Part shown: one piece after another, positions 58,501-64,000 of the stretch
Position numbering within the stretch: position 1 is the first letter of the stretch
Layout: each line of letters opens with the position of its first letter
Assembly (NCBI GenBank): GCA_963708025.1
Contig: CAVPSB010000025.1
Coordinates: 128,001 to 192,000, forward strand
Source: an uncultured Candidatus Rokubacteria bacterium
GTDB lineage: Bacteria; Methylomirabilota; Methylomirabilia; Rokubacteriales; DASRDR01
DNA: 64,000 bases
Reading direction: 5' to 3'
Made by a program: the position numbers and the translations under genes
Notes under the pieces: model-generated
What the model was told of the DNA's origin: nothing
The model's input: only the letters and a program-made list of their open reading frames with translations
The model's database searches: none

Positions 58501-58545
58501 GCCCGGCAGCAGCGTGAGGAGTGCCGCCGTCACGCCCTGCCACAT
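55531..58545 (-). CDS. M48 (Ste24/HtpX) metalloprotease with long C-terminal extension
   Basis: ANAFA, FAHEVAH, E...DR, LSHPSL.RR; extra transmembrane block and soluble C-terminus; about 1004 aa. Confidence 0.8.
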   Translation of the reverse strand: MWQGVTAALLTLLPGLLAWWWGRALVRLGDDAALPERLTEHRSRLTLVAAVVMVAEGILVTPWVLWAYGLMLLALLAGGFPMRRTLYGETWRFPAYVAHTVRLALGLLGFWLLLACAPSYVPAEGPARWPAIVGLAALLLAWEARYSAVLLWLLGATPLDRADLAPRFAAILARSRIAPPLLYRAGTPGGRLANAFALASSRGSAVLITDPLLELLQPDEVAAIFAHEVAHLEHYDRRRLARLRGATWLAILAGVPGVPLLQARLPDSASLIGLGWGVAVFGAFFLRAAAHKAHESWSDRRAVELCGDSDAVGRALVKLHRLARLPRRWAIAAERTLSHPSLARRLQAIRDAAGAPAAALELPRAFASRKPGRFLVLHANRLQRVSGIPAGTPADPAILGARPATETVPYGELTDLRVQVGITGSASLTGSSRSGATWSVPLRPEDVGTVQSVLDAVDGQLGRAPVGLVHHPALLVALTLLGLCFGYGASNALAALVLGSVLLVRPGPAPLAAYGAVTLAAALAALLGPWATWYAMPLGASPAAAAITGGLALALALARIRGGERSRAGEWAAGIGLGLIALVTALPLLATAAAGGGAVRLHQAAMGPPAFTVALLGLAAMLATRPRARARAVAAGLALLAVLPVGLGSHWFLDRFGRDPFLGTAARLDETGGSLRLLGRTPLGVSARRLRLSPSGTRYTVVGLTGPLGRRVPANRVGAFSGGSREIEGAAIRFLSDDRLLALAGSDGGRELQLVNADDPRIPVWRRPLPSIDTRDLAIDPATGAWQALALSFEPAELVLITGTGGGHVVGETRLPLPDRVDPEDLLYITAPGAALALDASYTETPRLPLRRLGRLAQLVQWIVSPAFHPRSDVWLLAPGGSRHLLTSELDVQCLGPTPAGTGFVCLSWDGPRTWLWRIDPESGDRHCIGWIPGSLSGPVLAGGRLAAWIGTEAVLVDLSAPRIRRLPLPPGSDRPHELALAGDRLAVLSRHADRAQVTLYAVE

Positions 58546-58599
58546 GGTGGCCGGTAGAATCGCACGCGGGGCTTTCGTGGACTGAGTAAAATCGCGGGG

Positions 58600-59514
58600 G
58601 TGAGCAAGCTTCTGTCTCTCGCCGAGGCGGTGCGCCGGCACGTCCCGGATGGGAGCGCCGTCGCGCTGGGCACGGCGCTCGAGTGCCTGATCCCCTTCGC
58701 CGCCGCCCACGAGCTGATCCGCCAGCGCCGCCGCGACCTCACGCTGGTCGGCCCCATCTCCGACGTCTGCTTCGACCAGCTCATCGCGGCCGGCTGCGCC
58801 CGCCGGGTGGTGGCGGCCTGGGTGGGCAACGTCCAGCACGGCTCGGGGTACGGCTTCCGCCGGGCGCTGGAGCAGGGGATCCCGCACCCGCTCGAGATGG
58901 AGGACCACTCGAACTTCACCATCGCGCTGGCGCTGGAGGCCGCCGCGCTCGGCGTGCCGTACCTCCCCACCCGGACGCTCCTCGGCTCGGACGTCCTGGC
59001 CCGGAACCCGCGGCTCCTCCCGGCCGCGTGCCCGTTCACCGGCGACCCGCTCGTGCTGGTGCCCGCGCTCGCGCCCGACGTCGCCATCCTCCACGTGCAG
59101 CGGGCCGACGCCGACGGCAGCTGCCACGCCTGGGGTCCGACCGGCGTGAGCGCGGCGGCCGCCAAGGCCAGCCGGGCCGTGATCGTGGTGTGCGAGGAGC
59201 TGGTCGATCCCGAGGTGATCCGGAGCGATCCGAACCGGCTGCTGGTCCCGGGCTTCCGGGTCACCGCCGTCGTGCACCTGCCGGGCGGCGCGCATCCCTC
59301 GCCGGTCCAGGGTCATTACCACCGGGACCACGCCGTCTACGCCGACTACCACCAGCGCTCGGCCACCGCCGAGGCCGCGGAGGCGTGGCTCCGGGAGTGG
59401 GTGCTCGACCTGCCGGATCACGCGGCGTACCTCGCCAAGCTCGGGCGCGAGCGCCTGGACGGGCTCCGGCCGAAGGCGCGTCGCCTCGCGGCGCCGGTGG
59501 ACTATGGCACCTGA
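58600..59514 (+). CDS. CoA transferase subunit A (glutaconate CoA-transferase-like)
   Basis: LIPFAAAHELIRQ, PDVAILHVQRAD..G, GAHPS..QG.Y.RD. Confidence 0.9.
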   Translation: MSKLLSLAEAVRRHVPDGSAVALGTALECLIPFAAAHELIRQRRRDLTLVGPISDVCFDQLIAAGCARRVVAAWVGNVQHGSGYGFRRALEQGIPHPLEMEDHSNFTIALALEAAALGVPYLPTRTLLGSDVLARNPRLLPAACPFTGDPLVLVPALAPDVAILHVQRADADGSCHAWGPTGVSAAAAKASRAVIVVCEELVDPEVIRSDPNRLLVPGFRVTAVVHLPGGAHPSPVQGHYHRDHAVYADYHQRSATAEAAEAWLREWVLDLPDHAAYLAKLGRERLDGLRPKARRLAAPVDYGT

Positions 59515-60274
59515 CCACACCGCCGGCGAGCTGATGGTCGCGGCCGCCGCCCGGGAGATCCGGGACGGCGAGGTCGTCTTCGTCGGCATGCGGCTCCCGC
59601 TGCTGGCCTTCTGCCTCGCGCGGGCGACCCACGCGCCGAGGGCGGTGGGGCTCTTCGAGAACGGCGTCGTCCGCGACAGCCCGGCCCTGGAGTTCCTCGT
59701 CACGATGTCCGACGGCCCCAACGTCACCGGCGCCCTCTGGTGCACCGAGATGCGGGAGATCATGGGGCTGCTCCAGGCGGGCCGGGTGGACCTCGGGTTC
59801 ATCGGCGGCGCCCAGGTCGATCGCCACGGCAACCTGAACACCACCTGGGTCGGGGCGCCGGGTCGCGCGACGCGCCTGCCCGGCTCGGGGGGTGGGGGCG
59901 ACATCGCCTCGCTCGCGCGCCGCCACGTCGTCATCATGGCCCACGAGCGGCGGCGGTTCGTCGAGCGCGTGGACTACGTCACCTCGCCCGGCTTCGGCGA
60001 CGGGGGCGACTGGCGCCGGCGCGTCGGGCTCCCGGGCGGCGGCCCGTCGGCGGTCATCACGACCCTCGGCCTCTTCCGTTTCGACGCGATGACGCGCGAG
60101 ATGGTCCTCGTCAGCGTCCACCCGGGGGTGACGGTGGCCGACGTGCGGGCCCAGACCGGCTGGCCCCTCGCGACCGCGCCAACCGTGGCCGAGACGCCGC
60201 CGCCGACGGCGGAGGAGCTGGCCGTGATCCGCCGCTTCGACCCCGAGGGGTTCTGGACCGGTGGCCGGGGCTGA
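59504..60274 (+). CDS. CoA transferase subunit B
   Basis: VFVGM.LP, FENG, GFIGGAQVDRHGNLN, RLPGSGG, VD.VTSPG. Confidence 0.9.
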   Translation: MAPDHTAGELMVAAAAREIRDGEVVFVGMRLPLLAFCLARATHAPRAVGLFENGVVRDSPALEFLVTMSDGPNVTGALWCTEMREIMGLLQAGRVDLGFIGGAQVDRHGNLNTTWVGAPGRATRLPGSGGGGDIASLARRHVVIMAHERRRFVERVDYVTSPGFGDGGDWRRRVGLPGGGPSAVITTLGLFRFDAMTREMVLVSVHPGVTVADVRAQTGWPLATAPTVAETPPPTAEELAVIRRFDPEGFWTGGRG

Positions 60275-60280
60275 CGAGGG

Positions 60281-61765
60281 CTACAGCGAGTTGGCGAACA
60301 TCGTCCGGTAGTGGCGGTACCAGTCCGACTGGAAGCGCTCCTCCGGGTCCAGGCGGCGCTTGAGCCGCAGGAACTCCACGAACCGCGGGTGGGCCGCCTC
60401 CACCTGGCGCCGCGTGGCCCACCGGTGATAGGTCAGGTAGTAGCTCCCGCCATAGCGCAGGCCGTGATCGATCAGCCCCCGGAAGGCGTCGGCGGCCCGG
60501 GCCAGGCCGTCCGGCGTGTGGACCACGTGGAGGTTGAAGATCACGCACGCCCATGGCTCGCGTGCCCACGCCAGCAGGGTCTGGTCGTCCCGCTCGATGA
60601 GCCGGATGGTGCCGTAGATGATCTCGACCGGGCTCGTCCGGAAGTCCTCGCGCACGTCGGCCAGGAAGCGGACGAGGGCCGCGCGGGGGACGTAGATCTC
60701 GGTGATCATCTCGGTCGCGCGCGCGGTCGCGCCGAGCCGGCGATCCAGCGCCTCGTGGTAGTTGTCCAGGTAGACGCTCATCTGGTGGGTGTCCGACCAG
60801 TAGAGCTGCCCGGTCGTCGACAGGTAGTACCCGGCGTACTCGCGAAACGCCCGCGTCTTGTCGGCGTGGGAGAGGTAGAGGAGCCGGTTCCAGTCCTCGA
60901 CGCCGAGCTCCTTCTGCGCCTCGGGCATCGGGGCGGCGTCGTCCACCGGGCGATAGCACGAGAAGACGCCGCGGCGGAGGAAGTCCTCGGAGCGGGCGTC
61001 GGTCGCGTACTGGAAGTCGCCGTAGACGAAGCCGTCGGCGATCCGCTGTTCGACGGCCGGCAGCAGCCGATCCAGCTCGATCACTTCCACGACCCGCTGG
61101 ATCTTCCGGCGGGGACTCAGGCGCAGCGTGACCGAGGTGATGACCCCGAAGAGGCCGTAGCCGCCGATCGCCAGCCGGAACAGCTCCGCGTTCTCCTGGC
61201 GGCTGCAGCGCCGGGGCGTCCCCGCGGCATCGACCAGGACGAAGGACTCCACGTCGGCCACGATCGGCGGAAAGCGGAGGCCCCGCCCGTGGACGTTGGC
61301 GGCCAGCGCGCCGCCGATGGTGAGCCGGTCCGCCCCGGTCTGCTTCTGGACGATGCCCCACGGCCGCGGGTGGCCCCGCTGGGCGGCGACCAGGTACTCC
61401 ACCAGCTCCGGCCACTCGATCCCGGCCTCGACCTCGACGCGGCCCCGCTCGGGATCGAAGGCCAGCACCCGGCGCAAGCCCGTCGTGTCGAGGCACACGG
61501 TGCCCGTGCCGAACTGCTGGCCGCCCATCGCGTGCCGCCCGCCGGCGATGCTCAAGGCGGCGCCCCGGGCCCGGGCCTCCCGGACGGCGGCCTGGACGGC
61601 GTCGAGCGAGTCCACGCGCACCAGGCGCGCCACCGCCGTCCGGCTGAGCTGGGCGTGGATGTCGTTGACCCAGACCTGGTCGGGTGGGGCGGCCGGCCGG
61701 GCGCAGGCCGAGGTCCAGCCGGCCAGCGCCGCGCCACCGGCCAGGAAGCGCCGTCGGGTCAGCAT
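60281..61765 (-). CDS. Tat-exported FAD-binding oxidoreductase
   Basis: MLTRRRFL twin-Arg signal, GGRHAMGGQ, TIGGAL..NVHG, IGGYGLFGVI, DPEERFQS. Confidence 0.85.
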   Translation of the reverse strand: MLTRRRFLAGGAALAGWTSACARPAAPPDQVWVNDIHAQLSRTAVARLVRVDSLDAVQAAVREARARGAALSIAGGRHAMGGQQFGTGTVCLDTTGLRRVLAFDPERGRVEVEAGIEWPELVEYLVAAQRGHPRPWGIVQKQTGADRLTIGGALAANVHGRGLRFPPIVADVESFVLVDAAGTPRRCSRQENAELFRLAIGGYGLFGVITSVTLRLSPRRKIQRVVEVIELDRLLPAVEQRIADGFVYGDFQYATDARSEDFLRRGVFSCYRPVDDAAPMPEAQKELGVEDWNRLLYLSHADKTRAFREYAGYYLSTTGQLYWSDTHQMSVYLDNYHEALDRRLGATARATEMITEIYVPRAALVRFLADVREDFRTSPVEIIYGTIRLIERDDQTLLAWAREPWACVIFNLHVVHTPDGLARAADAFRGLIDHGLRYGGSYYLTYHRWATRRQVEAAHPRFVEFLRLKRRLDPEERFQSDWYRHYRTMFANSL

Positions 61766-62415
61766 CGTTCCTCCCGGACGCCGCGCGTCGCCACGAGCCA
61801 CCGGGCGCCCAGGAACAGGAGGAAGAGCGCGCCCGCCTGGATCACGTGGTACACGGCGTTGTGATTGAAGTAGACGGGATGGAGCCCGAGCCGCGCGCTC
61901 TGGATCGCCGCGGCCAGGAACGTCGCCCCGAGCCCGAGCGCCGCCGCCAGCAGCGGTCGGGCCCCCGTGCGCCGGTAGGCGAGGAGGAGGACCACGAGGA
62001 GGAACGCCGCCGCCGGCAGGTAGCTCGCCACCACGACGGCGAACGTCCGGACACCGCCGGCCACCAGCAGGACGTAGGCGGCGAACGCGAGCAGCGCGGC
62101 GCGCTCGATCCACCGGGCCGCCGTCGCGGGGAACTGGATGCGGGCGCCGACCGCCCAGGCCGCCAGGGTGGTCACGCCGGCCACCAGGAGCGTCATCACC
62201 CAGAGGAGGCGGCCCCCGGCCGACGCGGAGTCGGGAAAGAACCCGTGGACCGTCCCGCCGATCAGCGCCGCGGCGGCGGCCGAGCCGAAGAACAGCACGA
62301 GCCGCCGGCGAAGCGGCTCCCCCGCCTGGCCGCGGCGGGCCAGGAGATACGAGAACGCCGCGCACTCCACGGTCAGGCCGTAGTCGGTCAGCGTGACGTC
62401 GGGCTCGCCGATCAT
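61759..62415 (-). CDS. membrane protein (DUF6962-like)
   Basis: EPDVTLTDY, GGTVHGFF, FNHNAVYHVIQ; several transmembrane helices. Confidence 0.7.
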   Translation of the reverse strand: MIGEPDVTLTDYGLTVECAAFSYLLARRGQAGEPLRRRLVLFFGSAAAAALIGGTVHGFFPDSASAGGRLLWVMTLLVAGVTTLAAWAVGARIQFPATAARWIERAALLAFAAYVLLVAGGVRTFAVVVASYLPAAAFLLVVLLLAYRRTGARPLLAAALGLGATFLAAAIQSARLGLHPVYFNHNAVYHVIQAGALFLLFLGARWLVATRGVREERC

Positions 62416-62837
62416 CGGGACCGCGTGTGGTAGTGGGCCAGGGTGAGGCAGCACGCCGCCAGGACCCAGTGGAAGACGATGGGAATGGTCCCGGTGCCGA
62501 GCCAGCGCCGCTCGGGGTGGAGCGCCATGGTGACGGCATACCGGACCAGCATGACGGTGGCGTAGAGGGCGCCGAACCAGCCGAGCGCCCGGCCGACGCG
62601 AGGGCGCCGGATCACGAAGGCACCGCGACCCCGCGCGAGGTCGGCGGCGATCCAGCCGAGGAGCCCGAGGATCCCGAGCTGGGCGGGGAGGAGGAGCGGG
62701 TAGGGCACGAGCCCCGAGTACCACTCGGCCATCGGCGGCAGGAACCCGACCCCGCCGAACGCCACCAGGGCCTGACCGAGCACCCGGAGGAAGAACAGCC
62801 CGGCCAGCCCCCCCAGCACGGCGGCGTACGCGCGCAC
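62412..62837 (-). CDS. hypothetical membrane protein
   Basis: About four hydrophobic segments; overlaps the next gene start by ATGA. Confidence 0.7.
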   Translation of the reverse strand: MRAYAAVLGGLAGLFFLRVLGQALVAFGGVGFLPPMAEWYSGLVPYPLLLPAQLGILGLLGWIAADLARGRGAFVIRRPRVGRALGWFGALYATVMLVRYAVTMALHPERRWLGTGTIPIVFHWVLAACCLTLAHYHTRSR

Positions 62838-63079
62838 GGCGGCATTCTAGGGGGAGGGGGCTGCCGGCCCCTCGGAAAAAGGCGCCCCGGGGCCCGTGCT
62901 GTTCCGGGTCGATCCGATTTGCTAGAATCGCCGCGCGTGGCAAGGACGCCATGGTCCATGCATCCCGGTCCGCCAGCGTGACGGGGGTCCTCCCCACCCG
63001 GGCCTCTCCGCCTCGGGACCGAGCCGGCCGAGCCGGGGGAGTCCGCCGCTCCGAAGCGCAGAAAGCGAGGCGATCGACC

Positions 63080-64000
63080 ATGCCGAGCCGATCTCGTCGA
63101 AACCTCTGGTGGCTGCTCCTGATCGCCGGGCTCCTGTGGGTGGGCTGGGCGGGCGCGGTCCCGGCCGCGGCCCAGCCGGCGACCGAGCTGCGCGTCGCGT
63201 GGTGGGGGTCGCAGGACCGGCACAATCGCACGATCAAGGCCATCGAGCTCTTCCAGAAGAAGTACCCGCACATCAAGGTGACCTACGAGTTCGCCGGCTG
63301 GGGTGACTACTGGACGAAGATGACCACCCAGGCGGCCGGCCGCAACCTCCCCGACGTCATGCAGCAGGACTACGCCTACATCACGGAGTGGTCGTCCCGC
63401 GGGCTGCTGGCGCCCCTCGACGACTACGTGAAGAGCGGGGCCATCGACACCCGTGAGGTGGCCGACGCCCTGCTGAAGGGCGGCGTGGTCAACGGCAAGC
63501 TGGTGGCCGTCAACCTCGGGTCCAACTCCCAGTGCTGGGCGCTCGACGTGGACGCCTTCCGGAAGGCGGGCGTGGAGCTGCCGCCGCCGAACTGGACGTG
63601 GGCGGACTTCGAGCGGATCGCCAACGCCCTGCACGAGAAGCTGGGCATCTGGGGCATGGGCTCGGGCATCTGGAACGAGCAGATCTGGGGCTCGCTCTAC
63701 TTCTCGGGGGGATCGTGGCGGTACAGCCCCGACGGGACGCGGATCGGCTACGCGGACGACAAGCCCCTGGTGGACTACCTCACCATGCTGCTGCGGCTCC
63801 AGAAGGCCAATGCCCTGGTCCCGCGGGCGGACGAGCTGGCGAGCCACAGCCAGGAGACCAGCGTCGAGCTGACCCCGCTGGTCACCCGCAAGGCGGCGAT
63901 GGCGTACTTCTGGAGCAACCAGCTGGTCGCGGTCTGGAAGGCGGCCGGCGGTGACGAGCGCAACCTCACGCTGATGCCGCTCCCCCGGGTGGTCGGAGGC
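63080..64000 (+). CDS. carbohydrate ABC transporter substrate-binding protein (partial)
   Basis: Manual translation: signal peptide, LRVAWWGSQDRH, WGDYWTKMTTQAAG.NLPDVMQQD; runs off the window end. Confidence 0.88.
   Translation, partial: MPSRSRRNLWWLLLIAGLLWVGWAGAVPAAAQPATELRVAWWGSQDRHNRTIKAIELFQKKYPHIKVTYEFAGWGDYWTKMTTQAAGRNLPDVMQQDYAYITEWSSRGLLAPLDDYVKSGAIDTREVADALLKGGVVNGKLVAVNLGSNSQCWALDVDAFRKAGVELPPPNWTWADFERIANALHEKLGIWGMGSGIWNEQIWGSLYFSGGSWRYSPDGTRIGYADDKPLVDYLTMLLRLQKANALVPRADELASHSQETSVELTPLVTRKAAMAYFWSNQLVAVWKAAGGDERNLTLMPLPRVVGG

Noticed and set aside
49809-59937. Very long antisense or alternate-frame ORFs (49809-52616, 52036-54696, 54350-58543)
   Set aside because: High-GC shadow ORFs overlapping well-supported genes.

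Overview
High-GC bacterial chromosomal window with mostly housekeeping and transport genes. The diderm-type gene set plus an actinobacterial-like Pup-proteasome locus suggests Ca. Rokubacteria/Methylomirabilota (inference only). 0-17 kb: MFS fragment, cysE with a Cys-codon leader ORF, enolase-family enzyme, polar amino-acid ABC transporter, polysaccharide deacetylase, LysE, amidinotransferase, AGE epimerase, ArnT-like transferase, diheme protein, M20 peptidase. 17-23.6 kb: arc-dop-prcB-prcA-pafA with no pup gene at its usual position. 24-44 kb: Opp/Dpp transporter, thioesterase, yebC-ruvCAB-DUF2905-spoIID-csaA-queA-tgt-yajC-secDF-rel. 44-64 kb: hydrolase, zincin, unknown GNAT-like protein, orphan AbiEi-family gene, rpmB, recG-rsmD-coaD-aminotransferase-Clp1, M48 protease, CoA transferase, Tat oxidoreductase, sugar-binding protein. 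Signals missed by the ORF track: (1) three 11-12 aa Lys-rich micro-ORFs with strong Shine-Dalgarno sequences, spaced exactly 111 nt apart, where an AbiEii toxin would normally sit; (2) a palindromic repeat family at the gene junctions of the ruvC-queA operon whose 3' end supplies GGAGGT in front of non-canonical CTG/ATC codons at the homology-expected start positions; (3) a candidate Cys-sensing attenuator before cysE; (4) alternative hairpins between arc and dop; (5) several REP/MITE families. About 7 apparent single-base frameshifts in conserved genes point to consensus errors, so frame-dependent claims need read-level checking.
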